Of a DNA stretch of 64,000 nt, positions 38,341 through 49,345 are shown piece by piece. The number at the start of each line of letters is the position of its first letter. Position 1 is the stretch's first letter. The notes beneath the pieces were generated by a model. It was not told where the DNA came from. It saw only the letters and a program-made list of their open reading frames with translations, and ran no database searches. Location of the stretch: NCBI GenBank assembly GCA_965222375.1, contig CBDCTZ010000005.1, forward strand, positions 64,001-128,000, in the 5' to 3' direction. The stretch comes from Polyangiaceae bacterium (GTDB taxonomy: Bacteria > Myxococcota_A > Polyangia > Polyangiales > Polyangiaceae). A program made the position numbers and the translations under genes.

Positions 38341-41307
38341 TCACGGCGCAAACAGGAAGTGTTCCTTGAGTGGAGCTGCCTTGGCAGATGCCTCGACGTC
38401 ATCTATCTCGAAGGCGATGGCGTGGGTTTCGTTCTTGCGCCAGAACTCGGCTTCGTTGGCAAAGTAGGGACTCTTGACGGCCAGCACCGCGCCCCCGGGC
38501 AGTGCGTTCTGGATCTTTGGGCCGTCCTTCGTCATTTCGGCGACGAAACGCTGCACCGGCCCGCTCCCGTAGGCGAAGCTGAGCTTGTCCGACAGCTTGC
38601 GCACGATCGAGAAGTTGGATGCATCGACGGCCCACTGGTCGCCGTGCCGGGGGAAGCCGTTCGGAAAAACAGGATCGTTGACGGTGGGGTTGTCCATGAA
38701 CCAAACGGAAATCAACGAGCGAAACCGGATCCGGTGCAGATCCCCCCAGCGCCAGGTCGACCGGTCCGCGCCGAAGGTCGCGACGAGATCGTCGACTCCA
38801 TCGAGCAGCGCGATCACGATGCGATCGTCCTTCGTTTCTGTCACTCCCGTAGTGCTCATGTCGTCCCACAACGCACTCTCCCCGCTCGCTGCGTCGTAGG
38901 TCGCTAGCTTGGTGGGGTCCGCCTCCAGCATACGAATGAAGCCTCGCAGCATAAAGTTCGTGCCCATGCTACTTTGACCGGCGACAGTCATTTCGTCTTC
39001 CAGGGCGCGACCCACGGCGCGGACAATCCAGGCGTTGAAGATCACGGTCGCCTTGGCATCCGCCGCCTCCGCCGCCGGCACGTTCAAAGAGTTGTCGGAC
39101 AGGTCGATGCCCGCCGCCGCCGAGTATCCAGCAGTACCCCACGCTTTCAGCTCGGCGATGATCTCAGGGATCTTCGCACCCGCATAGCGACTGTCCGCGA
39201 CGACCGCAGCCAGCTTTGGATGGGTGCCAGGCGTCAGACGCTCGGCCTCTGCTCGTTCTAGCGCGCCTATGAAGTGGGTCGCCAGGCGGCTACCCAACGC
39301 GCTTTTGTGATCGGCCTGAATGTCGGCCATGCCCTGGGGCGTCATGCCTTGCGCTTCCGCGGCAAGACGCTCTTCGATGCGCCCGAGGCGGAAGCCCTGC
39401 GCGAATTCGCAACCGATGTGGAACGGTTGCCCATTCGGGAGCTTGTCATTGCTTGGATCGTTGTCGACGGTAGAAGCGACGTTGTCGGTGTTGGCGGTCG
39501 CGATCCAGCCCGAACTCGGAGATGTGATCTTGGGCAGGTATTTCTCCTCCAGCATCTTGCCTGTCCACTCGTGATCACCACTGGCACCATCCAAAACCAT
39601 GCAGGGCAGGCTTCCACTGAAGGTTGCGGGATCCCAAGTGAATGCCTTCTTGTCTCGGTAGGGCAGCGCAGCAGGAGCCGTTAGGGCGATTTGTCCCTTG
39701 GAATCCGCGAGGATCCAGTTCTGCGCCCCCACGCCGAAGTTCGTCAGGCTCGCACGAGCGTCGTCCACGGTCTCGGCGCGCAGCAATCCGAGAATCGCCT
39801 GGATCTCTCGGGTGGGTTTGTGGCCGGTCCAGCCGGCAGTGAGCACGTCGCCTCCGGGCACGATTGGTTCCACCTTGTGATCCTTGATTGTTGGAACGAC
39901 AGGGCCGTGGTGCGGGACGATCAGCACGTCGAAGGTGTAGTCGGCGCTACCGGCAATCTTGATGGTCTCACTGACCTTCTGGAAGGCGACGGGGGCACCC
40001 TTGAGCATGACGCCTGTGCCATCGCCAGAAACCTTCTCTTTCCAGACGTCGGAAACGTCGTAGCCTGCCGTCGTGGCGCCCCAAGCGACGTTGCGATTGG
40101 AACCGAGGATGACTCCGGGGATCCCTGGAAAAGCAACGCCAACGGCCTCCAATGCTTCTCTGGGATCTGAGTTTTCCACGACGATATGACTGGGCCAAAA
40201 CACCATTGGGGAAGTCAGGCCGAGGTGCGGATCGTTTGCGACGATGGCGTTCCCGCTAACAGTCTTGGAGCCCGCAACCGCCCAGTTGTTCGAGCCCGCG
40301 AATTCATCGCCGCCTAAGAAGTCCTTGGTGCGTTGCACCGCATCGAAGAACGGCTTCACGCGCTCGCGCAACGCCTCGGGCAGACGCGGCGACTTGCTCG
40401 CGGCCTTCAAGCCGGGCTTGGGCTTGCGCTGCGCGTCCGGATAGAGCCACTTCGCGCTGGCACTTGGGGTGGCTTCATCGGGATAGCCGACTAGGGGCGT
40501 ATTCGTGACCGGTGGCGCGAAGCGCACCAGATCGATCAGGATGTCCTTGCGCTTGACCACTAGTGGGTCGGCGGACCCCGGGTCAAAAGCCGTACGCACC
40601 GCGTCTAGCCGGGACGTGAGCCCGACTTCGGAGTCTGCGTCGTAGCTCAGGGAGAAGGACTGCAGGCGCCCCATCGCCAGAGTGTCCGCCACGGTCCAAT
40701 CCGTGAAGAACTTCTTGTCCAAACCACCCAGCGCCTGGACGGGTTTCAGTTTGCCTTCCCGCACGCCGCGAAAGTACTGCGTAACGCCATCAGCGAAAGC
40801 GTCCAGGACGCGGCGTTCCACGCTATTCGGGTCGAGGGCGTCGTACATTACTTGGGCAACGCGGTGCATGCCGATCACTCGCATCGTGATGTCGTCATCG
40901 ATCTGGCCAGCGTCCGCCGCCCCATAGATTTCGGCGATCCGTCCCGTAGCCGAGCGGCGAGCGATTTCGAGCTGCCCTCCCCGGTCGACAGCCATCATGT
41001 AGCCCTGCACCCGAAACGCGTCCTCCGCGTTTCGGGCGTAGATGTGCACCATGCCGTGTTCGTCGCGCACCGCGTTCACGGAGTCCTTGAGTCCCGTGAT
41101 CCGTCGCATCTCGGTGACCGGAGTTCGATTCGCCCAAATGCCTGGGTCAGTGCCGGAGTCTGTGGTCACGTCTGCCACCGCGTCCGCTCCGGCGTCGTTA
41201 CCGCCGGGCTGCGCGGTCCCTTCTTCGCCGTCGCCACAAGCGAATGCGATGCCCGCTCCACAGGCAAGGAACAGCCACGGAAGAATCGTTCGAATGCGCA
41301 TAGACAT
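38341..41307 (-). CDS. Penicillin acylase-family Ntn hydrolase (lipoprotein)
   Basis: RDEHGMVHIYA and GSNNWAVAGSKTVSGNAIVANDPHL (autocleavage Ser). AFAC lipobox. Confidence 0.92.
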   Translation of the reverse strand: MSMRIRTILPWLFLACGAGIAFACGDGEEGTAQPGGNDAGADAVADVTTDSGTDPGIWANRTPVTEMRRITGLKDSVNAVRDEHGMVHIYARNAEDAFRVQGYMMAVDRGGQLEIARRSATGRIAEIYGAADAGQIDDDITMRVIGMHRVAQVMYDALDPNSVERRVLDAFADGVTQYFRGVREGKLKPVQALGGLDKKFFTDWTVADTLAMGRLQSFSLSYDADSEVGLTSRLDAVRTAFDPGSADPLVVKRKDILIDLVRFAPPVTNTPLVGYPDEATPSASAKWLYPDAQRKPKPGLKAASKSPRLPEALRERVKPFFDAVQRTKDFLGGDEFAGSNNWAVAGSKTVSGNAIVANDPHLGLTSPMVFWPSHIVVENSDPREALEAVGVAFPGIPGVILGSNRNVAWGATTAGYDVSDVWKEKVSGDGTGVMLKGAPVAFQKVSETIKIAGSADYTFDVLIVPHHGPVVPTIKDHKVEPIVPGGDVLTAGWTGHKPTREIQAILGLLRAETVDDARASLTNFGVGAQNWILADSKGQIALTAPAALPYRDKKAFTWDPATFSGSLPCMVLDGASGDHEWTGKMLEEKYLPKITSPSSGWIATANTDNVASTVDNDPSNDKLPNGQPFHIGCEFAQGFRLGRIEERLAAEAQGMTPQGMADIQADHKSALGSRLATHFIGALERAEAERLTPGTHPKLAAVVADSRYAGAKIPEIIAELKAWGTAGYSAAAGIDLSDNSLNVPAAEAADAKATVIFNAWIVRAVGRALEDEMTVAGQSSMGTNFMLRGFIRMLEADPTKLATYDAASGESALWDDMSTTGVTETKDDRIVIALLDGVDDLVATFGADRSTWRWGDLHRIRFRSLISVWFMDNPTVNDPVFPNGFPRHGDQWAVDASNFSIVRKLSDKLSFAYGSGPVQRFVAEMTKDGPKIQNALPGGAVLAVKSPYFANEAEFWRKNETHAIAFEIDDVEASAKAAPLKEHFLFAP

Positions 41308-41389
41308 GGGCGAAGTTCTTCGTCAAAACCGGGCGCGCGGCAAGTCCGAGGGACTGAATGCGCCGTCCAGGTCGAGTCCCGCTCCTCTT

Positions 41390-41836
41390 TTAGCGAGCTT
41401 CTTCGAGGCCACGCCGCGCCAGAGCATCGGCGCGCTCGTTGTCCGGATGGCCCGCGTGGCCCTTGACCCAGTGCCACTCGACTCGATGGGGCGCCATGGC
41501 ATCCTCCAGCGCTTGCCATAAGTCGACGTTCTTCACGGGCTTCTTCGAGGCAGTCTTCCAACCGCGCTTCTTCCATTGTGGCAACCACTCGGTGATGCCA
41601 CTGCGCAAGTAAACGCTGTCGGTGTACAGTTGGACGCGCATGGGGCGCTTGAGAGCTTCCAGCGCCCGGACGGCAGCCAGCATCTCCATGCGGTTGTTAG
41701 TGGTGTCCGGTTCACCACCGCAGAGCTCTCGCTCCGTTCCACGGTACTTGAGTACCGCGCCCCAGCCACCAGGGCCCGGATTGCCCGAACACGCACCGTC
41801 GGTGAAAATCTCCACCCATGTTGCATTCTCCGCCAC
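41390..41836 (-). CDS. rnhA: Ribonuclease HI
   Basis: [32 protein letters not shown] and [15 protein letters not shown] motifs. GTG start at 41836. Confidence 0.96.
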   Translation of the reverse strand: MAENATWVEIFTDGACSGNPGPGGWGAVLKYRGTERELCGGEPDTTNNRMEMLAAVRALEALKRPMRVQLYTDSVYLRSGITEWLPQWKKRGWKTASKKPVKNVDLWQALEDAMAPHRVEWHWVKGHAGHPDNERADALARRGLEEAR

Positions 41837-41921
41837 GCAGTATTCAAAGTACTGCTCGAGACTGCGCCCGTAAAGCAACCAGACCTCGTCCAACTCAACT
41901 TGAACTGTTACACTCGTCGGT

Positions 41922-42767
41922 ATGTGGAGGAACGGCTGGGTCATCGCCATGACAGCGTTGCTCGCAGCCTGCGGGGGCAGCGACGGCGACAGCGCCGAAA
42001 ACCCTTTCGGCCCCATCGGCGGCGGTGGTAGCGGAAACCAGACGGGCTCAGGGGGTGCGGTCATTGGCAGCGGCGGTGGCGGTGGCTCAGCAGCAGGCAG
42101 TGGCGGCGGCGCGGGTGGCGCTGGTGGCAACGACCTCTGCGGCAGTACGCTGACTGGAACCATTCGGGACTTTCACGCAAGTCATCCGGACTTCGAATTC
42201 AAGATCGAGGTGGATCCCGGCATCGTACTGCCCGATTTGGGCAGCGACGGAAAACCCCAGTACGCCGGCCAGAATGGCAACCCGACCACGAACGGCAAAG
42301 GGCCCTTCGACGAGTGGTTCCGAGACATACCCGGCACGAATCAGAAGAAGCTCCACAGCATCCAGTTGGTGAACGGCGGCGGGAATGTCTGGACCTACGA
42401 CAACAGCTCCTTCTTTCCCATCGACGGTCAGCTCTTTGGCAACGAGGGCAACCCCCACAACTACCACTTCACTTTCGAGCTGCACACGAAGTTCATCTAC
42501 ACCGGCGGTGAAGTGTTCACATTCACCGGCGATGACGATCTATTCGTGTTCATCAACGGTAAACTAGCGATCGACTTGGGTGGAGTACACGGCGCCATGA
42601 ACGCCAGCATCGATCTGGATGCCGAGGCTGGCCAGCTGGGCATCTCGAACGGCAACGTGTACGCCCTCGACTTTTTCTTTGCGGAGCGCCACACCTCCCA
42701 ATCGAACTTTCGGATCGACACCACCATTGGCACGTTCGTCGACTGCGGACCGCCGCCGGTACGCTGA
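41922..42767 (+). CDS. Fibro-slime (PA14-like) domain lipoprotein
   Basis: LAAC lipobox, IRDF...[21 protein letters not shown] and [23 protein letters not shown]. Confidence 0.9.
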   Translation: MWRNGWVIAMTALLAACGGSDGDSAENPFGPIGGGGSGNQTGSGGAVIGSGGGGGSAAGSGGGAGGAGGNDLCGSTLTGTIRDFHASHPDFEFKIEVDPGIVLPDLGSDGKPQYAGQNGNPTTNGKGPFDEWFRDIPGTNQKKLHSIQLVNGGGNVWTYDNSSFFPIDGQLFGNEGNPHNYHFTFELHTKFIYTGGEVFTFTGDDDLFVFINGKLAIDLGGVHGAMNASIDLDAEAGQLGISNGNVYALDFFFAERHTSQSNFRIDTTIGTFVDCGPPPVR

Positions 42768-42827
42768 CCCGATGCGCACCTAATCGAGTCCGGTGCATGC
42801 GGACGAAGTCGTGGTACTCTTTGAACG

Positions 42828-43847
42828 ATGAGGGCAATACTCTGGGCGGGCCCGGTCATCGCGGCTTGGCTGCTATCCTGCACAAACGACTTCGACTCGT
42901 TCAGCTTCAGCGATGATCCGGACGGCGGCGCCGGCACGGCAAGCGGGGGAACCGCCGGTGGCGGCGGCGCCAGCAGCGGAGGGGCGAACACCGGGGGGGT
43001 GATCAACACGGGTGGCGCCGGCACTGGTGGTGCGGTCAACACCGGTGGCGCCAACACTGGGGGCGCAGTCAACACCGGCGGGACCAGCGGCTGCGGCCCA
43101 ACCCAGAAAACCTGCGGCGGTCAGTGCGTTGCGAAGGACGATCCGAAGTTTGGCTGTGGTGGGAGCAGTTGCGATCCGTGCGCGATCGCCAACGCCACCA
43201 CCCAATGCGTTCAGGACAAGTGCGCGCTCTTGAAGTGCGATGTCGGATTCGGTGATTGCGAAAACGGGCTGGCTGACGGCTGCGAATCCGACCTACAGTC
43301 AACGACCGTTCACTGCGGCGCATGTAGTCGCGCTTGTGACAAGACCAAGTCGGCGGATGTTGCCTGCGTCCAGGGCCTATGCCGCCATCGCTGCGAAGTC
43401 GGGTTCGCCGACTGCAGCCAACCGGCAACAGGACCAGATGACGGCTGCGAAACAAACATCGGGAACGACAAGCAAAACTGCGGAGGCTGTGGGAACGATT
43501 GCTCCCAACAAGGCGCCGGAGCCGGCTTCTCTTGCACCGCTGGCGCTTGCGGTTGCAGCGCAAGTGCACAGTGTGAAGTTGGCGGCGGAACCAACGGGAC
43601 CTGTGACACGTCCAGCGGCTTGTGCAGCTGCGACGGAGCCAGCTGTGCGCCGGGCGAAGCCTGTCGCAAGTCGGGCCCCAACAACATCTGTTCCTGCAAT
43701 GGTGGCGCTGCCTGCAAAGCCGGACAAACCTGCTGCCAAACGCCAAACATCTGCGCAGATCTACAAAGCGATGCCAAGAACTGCGGGAGCTGCGGCAATG
43801 CGTGCCCAAGCGGGCAAACCTGCCAAGCGGGGGCATGCGTCAACTGA
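42828..43847 (+). CDS. Cys-rich lipoprotein with Gly linker, paralog of 37375-38331
   Basis: LLSC lipobox, NTGGA repeats and DGCE...(H/N)CG.C repeats. Confidence 0.85.
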   Translation: MRAILWAGPVIAAWLLSCTNDFDSFSFSDDPDGGAGTASGGTAGGGGASSGGANTGGVINTGGAGTGGAVNTGGANTGGAVNTGGTSGCGPTQKTCGGQCVAKDDPKFGCGGSSCDPCAIANATTQCVQDKCALLKCDVGFGDCENGLADGCESDLQSTTVHCGACSRACDKTKSADVACVQGLCRHRCEVGFADCSQPATGPDDGCETNIGNDKQNCGGCGNDCSQQGAGAGFSCTAGACGCSASAQCEVGGGTNGTCDTSSGLCSCDGASCAPGEACRKSGPNNICSCNGGAACKAGQTCCQTPNICADLQSDAKNCGSCGNACPSGQTCQAGACVN

Positions 43848-43915
43848 CGCGAGCTATCAGATTTTCGCGGGGCCTCTCGCCCTGGCGAACCGCGCCGTGT
43901 TAGTAACCCCTCTCG

Positions 43916-45295
43916 GTGAGGGCAAAGCGGCGCGAATTGGTGCTAGGCCGGGGGGCCATTGCCCTGCTGGGCATCTTACTGTTCGGAGCGGTGCTGTACT
44001 GGCTCCGCGGCGTGCTCACGCCGATCTTCTTGGCCTTCGCCATCGCTTACGTTCTCGACCCGGTCGTAGACAAGCTGGAGACCTGGAAGCTGCCCAGACC
44101 GGCAGCCATATTCGTGGTCGTTGGAACCTTCTTCCTGGCCGTCGCCACCTTTGCGCTGTTGGTGATTCCCGACGTGGTGCGGGACATCGCGAGCGTGACC
44201 AAAGAGTTGCCTGATCATGCGACTCGCGCCCTCGCTCGGGTTCAACCCTGGCTCGCCCAACAGGGCATCACCGTGCCCAGTACCGCCGACGATTGGATCG
44301 CCAAGCTACGCGCCAACGCCAACACGCTGAGCAAGGTGCCTCTCGCGCCAGTCGGCAACGTGCTCAAGACCGTCATTGGCGGCACCTTCTCCGCAATCGG
44401 AGCGGTTTTTGCGGCACTGATCGTCCCTATCCTCGCGGTCTATCTGCTCAACGACTTCGATCGCCTGATCGCCGGGGTCAAAGACCTGATCCCCCTCACC
44501 CATCGCGAACGAGTTTCCTCCGTCGCCAAAGAGGTCGACACCGTGCTCAGTCAGTTCGTCCGTGGACAGCTGACGGTGATGGCCATCTTGGCGGTCCTAT
44601 ATGCCGGTGCCTACGCCCTGCTCGGGATACGCTTGGCGGTACCCATCGGGATTGCCGCGGGTGTGTTGAACATCGTGCCCTACGTAGGCAGCGCCTTCGC
44701 GCTGGTTGCAGGTCTGATCATGGCGCTTCTGGGCGGCGGCGAGTGGGTGCAAATCGTCGGTGTGGTCGTTGCCTACGCGATTGTGCAGACCCTGGAGGGC
44801 TTCGTGATCACCCCACGAATCGTCGGCGAAAGCGTAGGCTTACGCGAGGTCTGGGTCCTTCTCGCGCTGTTCGTGGGTGGTGAAATCTTCGGATTCCTCG
44901 GCGTCCTTCTCGCGGTGCCCGCCGCGGCGGTGCTCAAGATCTTCTTTGCTCACGCAGTCCGCCACTACAAGGCGTCAAACATCTACGCCCTGGCGGGCGT
45001 ACCTGGGCTCGATCTAGAAGCCACGGACAGTGACGGCAGTGGATCGCCACCGGAGGGTGACGCCTCCGGGAAGCCAAGCGCCGAGCCGGAGCCAAAACGA
45101 GCGGAATCGACGGACACGTCACCAAACCCGACCGACCCCGCCGCGCCGGAAACCCACGACGCCGCCCAAGAAGACGCCGCGGCACCCGAAGCCGCATCGC
45201 CGGCGGAGCAGCCCGACGCGACCGAAGAGCCGGAAGCAGTCGACGACACCGCAGCGGGCGACACCTCAGCGGACGACACCACCGAGAAACCCTGA
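43916..45295 (+). CDS. AI-2E (PerM) family transporter with acidic disordered tail
   Basis: LTPIFLAFAIAYVLDPVV, FVRGQL, VPYVGS, QTLEGFVITPRIVG and GFLGVLLAVP motifs. Confidence 0.9.
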   Translation: MRAKRRELVLGRGAIALLGILLFGAVLYWLRGVLTPIFLAFAIAYVLDPVVDKLETWKLPRPAAIFVVVGTFFLAVATFALLVIPDVVRDIASVTKELPDHATRALARVQPWLAQQGITVPSTADDWIAKLRANANTLSKVPLAPVGNVLKTVIGGTFSAIGAVFAALIVPILAVYLLNDFDRLIAGVKDLIPLTHRERVSSVAKEVDTVLSQFVRGQLTVMAILAVLYAGAYALLGIRLAVPIGIAAGVLNIVPYVGSAFALVAGLIMALLGGGEWVQIVGVVVAYAIVQTLEGFVITPRIVGESVGLREVWVLLALFVGGEIFGFLGVLLAVPAAAVLKIFFAHAVRHYKASNIYALAGVPGLDLEATDSDGSGSPPEGDASGKPSAEPEPKRAESTDTSPNPTDPAAPETHDAAQEDAAAPEAASPAEQPDATEEPEAVDDTAAGDTSADDTTEKP

Positions 45296-45304
45296 TTCGA
45301 GCGG

Positions 45305-45526
45305 CTACGCGCTCAGCGTCGGGGGCGGGCGCTCTTCGTCGTCCTGAGGCATCAGAGCGAAGACCAACGCGGCTCCAACGATGGGCAGCAGCCAGATCAC
45401 TTTGGACTGGTTCACCTTCTGGGTGCGGTCGAACATGTTGCTCTTCCACACGCGGTGGGTCAGCCAAATTTGAAACCCGATGATCGCCAGGATCAGGCCC
45501 GAGAAAACGACGTCGCTGAAGCTCAT
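45305..45526 (-). CDS. Small two-TM membrane protein (PLDc_N-like)
   Basis: 73 aa with two hydrophobic helices and K....VIWLLPIVGA. Confidence 0.6.
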   Translation of the reverse strand: MSFSDVVFSGLILAIIGFQIWLTHRVWKSNMFDRTQKVNQSKVIWLLPIVGAALVFALMPQDDEERPPPTLSA

Positions 45527-45617
45527 GTTCGCAGGCGCGAATTTGGGTCCTCGGGACCGCCTTGGCAAGCGACTGAAGGGGAAAATCGTCCACCTGGGGG
45601 CGTGCTATGACCCAGAC

Positions 45618-47876
45618 GTGATGCCGGACGGCGCCAGCGCCGCAAGCGTGATTGCACTGCTCGGCCCGACAAATACGGGCAAAACCCATCGGGCCATCGA
45701 GCGAATGCTCGACCACCAATCGGGCATGCTGGGACTACCTCTGCGCCTGCTAGCCCGGGAAGTGTATGACCGCGTCGCCAAGCGGATTGGCGATCAGGCT
45801 GTGGCGCTTGTGACCGGGGAGGAAAAGCGGATCCCACCTGGCGCTCGTTTTTGGATTTGCACGGTAGAAGCGATGCCCCAAGACACCCCGGTGGAGTTCT
45901 TGGCCGTCGACGAGATTCAGCTGGCCGCCCACCGAGAGCGCGGCCACGTGTTCACGGACCGCATGCTTCGAGCCCGGGGTAGCCATGAAACGTGGCTGTT
46001 GGGCGCTGAAACGATCCGTCCGCTATTGTCTCAGCTCGTCCCCCACGCTCAGTTGCAGCAGCATCCGCGCCTTTCGGAACTGCGCGCCGTGGACCCCTCG
46101 ACGCTGGGCGGTCTGCCGAAACGAAGCGCAGTCGTGGCGTTCAGCATGAATCGCGTCTACGAGCTCGCGGAGCGATTGCGCCATCGCCGAGGAGGCGCCG
46201 CCGTGGTGCTAGGTGCGTTGAGCCCACGGGCGCGCAACGCCCAGGTCGCTCTGTACCAGTCGGGAGAGGTGGACTACCTTGTTGCCACAGACGCGATCGG
46301 CATGGGGCTGAACCTAGATCTGAGCCACATCGCATTCGCCGATCTGAGAAAATTCGACGGGCGGGAGCTGCGCGGCTTGGAGCCCGCGGAGTTGGCACAG
46401 ATCGCAGGGCGGGCCGGGCGACACGTCCAAAACGGAAGCTTCAACACGTTGAAGGATTCCGCGCCACTTGCTCCACGGGTCCTTCGCGCCATCGAGCAGC
46501 ATCAATTCCCTCCCGACCGCGTCGTTCAGTGGCGCAACCCGGACTTGGACTTTTCGAGCATCGACGACCTGCTGGTGTCCCTTCGAGTCCCGCCCGGCGC
46601 TGAGGGCCTGCGTTTGGCCGAACAAGCGGAGGACCACGGTACCCTCGCCGACCTCGCGCGCCGACCCGAGATCCGCTCCCTAGCCCAGACAGCAGAGCAA
46701 GTTGCGTTGCTGTGGGACGTTTGCCAAATCCCAGACTTTCGCCAACTGATGCTTTCCCACCACGCCAACCTGGTGACGGAGATATTCCGAGAGCTCATGG
46801 GCCCACGAGCCAAGCTGAGTGCGGATTTTCTGAGTAAGCGGCTGGCTCGACTCGCCAACTACGAAGGCGACATCGACACACTGATGCGCCGCATGGCCTT
46901 CGTTCGCACTTGGACCTACGTGACGAACCACGGAGGCTGGGCGGAACAGGCGGCGCAGTTTCGCCAGAAGGCCCACGAGATCGAAGACCAGCTCAGCGAT
47001 GCCTTGCACCAGCGCTTGGTGGAGCGGTTCGTCGTGCAACGCAGGCGCAGCAGCGGCGGTAGTGGAGCCCCGGAGAAGAGCCATCCGTTTTGGGCGCTGG
47101 AGCAGCTGAAAGACGAGCTCTTCGGAGAGCCTGGCGCGAGCCAAGCGCGGCGACTGGTCGCCAGCGACCGCGACGCGATCGCGGTCGCTGCACACGGCCG
47201 ACTCAGCTGCGAAGGCGAGGTCGTCGCCCAGTTGGTTCGAGGCAACGACCTATTGAACCCGGCGCTGCGGCTACTCGTTGCCGATCGGGGCCGCGAGGAT
47301 CGCGAGGCCGTGCAGCAGCGTTTGCAGCAGTGGCTTCGAGGTCAGATAGACGAATTGCTCGGCCCAAGCCGACCGGCCGATGCCGGCTCAGCGCACCTGA
47401 GCGGGTTGCTATATGCCCTGCGAACGTCCCTCGGTTGCATCGAACGACGCAGCGCTTCCGTCCAGCTCGACGGACTTTCAGAGACAGATCAAGCGCTCTT
47501 GAAGAAGCGCCACATCGTCGCCGGTACGCGATGGGTCTACTTTGCCAAGCGCCTCAAGCCGCGTCATACGGCCCTGCGCGGCGCCCTTTGGTATGCGTAC
47601 CACGCGGAGCTTCCGGTCACCTTGCCCAAGCCAGGCGCAACCTTCACGGAAGCAGGGAGTGGCGCAAGCCGAGAGCTGCTCTTGGCGTTGAGCCACCCTC
47701 GCATTGGCCCTCTGGGCGTACGGGCGGACATCGCAGACCGGCTGCTGTCTCTCCCCACGGATGACTCGGCGCTACAGAGCGCGCAGCGATTGCTGGGCGT
47801 GAAGCGAAAGCTCGCACGCCAAGTCGTGGACAAACTACGGCCAGCGCGCCGTGGGCGTCGACGCCGGTCCGCATGA
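45618..47876 (+). CDS. SUV3/MgpS-like SF2 helicase
   Basis: LGPTNTGKT, PLRLLAREVY, CTVEAM, DEIQ, VATDAIGMGLN and QIAGRAGR motifs. Confidence 0.9.
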   Translation: MMPDGASAASVIALLGPTNTGKTHRAIERMLDHQSGMLGLPLRLLAREVYDRVAKRIGDQAVALVTGEEKRIPPGARFWICTVEAMPQDTPVEFLAVDEIQLAAHRERGHVFTDRMLRARGSHETWLLGAETIRPLLSQLVPHAQLQQHPRLSELRAVDPSTLGGLPKRSAVVAFSMNRVYELAERLRHRRGGAAVVLGALSPRARNAQVALYQSGEVDYLVATDAIGMGLNLDLSHIAFADLRKFDGRELRGLEPAELAQIAGRAGRHVQNGSFNTLKDSAPLAPRVLRAIEQHQFPPDRVVQWRNPDLDFSSIDDLLVSLRVPPGAEGLRLAEQAEDHGTLADLARRPEIRSLAQTAEQVALLWDVCQIPDFRQLMLSHHANLVTEIFRELMGPRAKLSADFLSKRLARLANYEGDIDTLMRRMAFVRTWTYVTNHGGWAEQAAQFRQKAHEIEDQLSDALHQRLVERFVVQRRRSSGGSGAPEKSHPFWALEQLKDELFGEPGASQARRLVASDRDAIAVAAHGRLSCEGEVVAQLVRGNDLLNPALRLLVADRGREDREAVQQRLQQWLRGQIDELLGPSRPADAGSAHLSGLLYALRTSLGCIERRSASVQLDGLSETDQALLKKRHIVAGTRWVYFAKRLKPRHTALRGALWYAYHAELPVTLPKPGATFTEAGSGASRELLLALSHPRIGPLGVRADIADRLLSLPTDDSALQSAQRLLGVKRKLARQVVDKLRPARRGRRRRSA

Positions 47877-48052
47877 CAGCGAATCTGTTCAGTCTGCACT
47901 TCCTGCGCGGTTTCGGAGCCGGCGGAGGGTTTGTGTCGGTTTGTCTAGCCAACTGCCAGACGCTTTCGACTAAGATGCGCGGGCTAGCGTGGCTTGAGTC
48001 GTCTTGGAGCCCGCTGCCTTGATCGCGACCCACCAACCTTGGGATTGTCCGC

Positions 48053-49327
48053 ATGAAAACTGCCAAGCTCGTATACGAAGGAAAAGAGTACGAACTGCCT
48101 GTAGTCGAAGGCAGCGAAGGGGAACGCGGAATCGACATTGCCAAGCTGCGCAAAGACACCGGACTGATCACTTTGGACCCGGGGTATGGGAACACTGGCA
48201 GCTGCAAGAGTTCGATCACGTTCATCGACGGCGAAAAGGGCATCCTGCGCTACCGCGGCTACCCGATCGAAGAAGTCGCCACCCGCGCTAGGTTCACCGA
48301 GGTTTGCTACATGCTGATCTACGGCGCGCGACCAAACGACGACGAGCTCGCGAAGTTCCGCAAGCAGATGACGATGCACACGTTGCTGCACGAGGACATG
48401 AAAAAGTTCTACGAGGGCTATCCCCCCGGCGCCCACCCCATGGCGATCATGGCGGCAATGGCAGCGAGCCTGTCTTCCTTCTATCCGGAATCCGAGGATG
48501 AGCTCGATCTCAACATCATTCGACTGCTCGCCAAGGCCAAGACCCTGGCAGCGTTTTCCTACAAGAAGTCGATCGGCCAGCCCTTCATCTATCCACGAAA
48601 CGACCTGTCATGGCCGGCGAACTTCCTGCGAATGATGTTCGCGGTTCCGGCCGAAGACTACGAGGTCCCGCCCGTGCTGGAGGAGGCGTTCAACACCTTG
48701 TTGATTCTGCACGCTGACCACGAGCAGAACTGCAGTACCAGCACGATGCGCATGGTTGGCTCCAGCGGCGCCAACCTCTTCGCCTCGATTGCCTCGTCGA
48801 TTTGCGCGCTTTGGGGCCCTTTGCACGGCGGTGCCAACCAAGCCGTGATCGAAATGCTCGAGAACATCCAAGCCGACGGCGGCGACCACAAGAAGTTCCT
48901 CGAGCGCGTCAAGAAGGGAGAAGAAGGCGTACGCTTGATGGGCTTCGGCCATCGCGTCTACAAGAACTTCGACCCTCGGGCACGCCTGCTGAAGTCGGCT
49001 GCGGACAGCATCTTCAGTGAGCTGGGCATCCATGATCCTTTGTTGGATCTGGCGAAGTCGATGGAAGAGGCGGCGCTCAAAGAAGACTACTTTGTACAGC
49101 GCAAGCTATATCCGAACGTCGACTTCTATAGCGGCATAATCTACCGCGCCATGGGGATCCCCACGGAGATGTTTACCGTGATGTTCACTCTGGGTCGCCT
49201 GCCCGGTTGGATCGCGCATTGGATGGAGCAGCGCGCCGACAAGGCTGGTCGCATTCACCGGCCCCGTCAAATCTACACCGGTGAGAACCAGCGGACCTTC
49301 GAGGACCGCGGCACCAAAAAGCCGTAG
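48053..49327 (+). CDS. gltA: Citrate synthase (type II-like)
   Basis: DPGYGNT, LHADHEQNCST, GPLHGGAN, MGFGHRVYK and YPNVDFYSG motifs. Confidence 0.97.
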   Translation: MKTAKLVYEGKEYELPVVEGSEGERGIDIAKLRKDTGLITLDPGYGNTGSCKSSITFIDGEKGILRYRGYPIEEVATRARFTEVCYMLIYGARPNDDELAKFRKQMTMHTLLHEDMKKFYEGYPPGAHPMAIMAAMAASLSSFYPESEDELDLNIIRLLAKAKTLAAFSYKKSIGQPFIYPRNDLSWPANFLRMMFAVPAEDYEVPPVLEEAFNTLLILHADHEQNCSTSTMRMVGSSGANLFASIASSICALWGPLHGGANQAVIEMLENIQADGGDHKKFLERVKKGEEGVRLMGFGHRVYKNFDPRARLLKSAADSIFSELGIHDPLLDLAKSMEEAALKEDYFVQRKLYPNVDFYSGIIYRAMGIPTEMFTVMFTLGRLPGWIAHWMEQRADKAGRIHRPRQIYTGENQRTFEDRGTKKP

Positions 49328-49345
49328 TGTCGCAACGCCCTCGCA

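Noticed and set aside
41837..42163. N-terminal Pro-rich extension of RNase HI
   Set aside because: It is largely the antisense of the Gly-rich linker of the fibro-slime lipoprotein. RNase H similarity begins at ~41836.
45618..47876. The SUV3-like and UvrD-like helicases as parts of an anti-phage system
   Set aside because: Both sit among housekeeping genes with no nuclease, ATPase or methylase partners.
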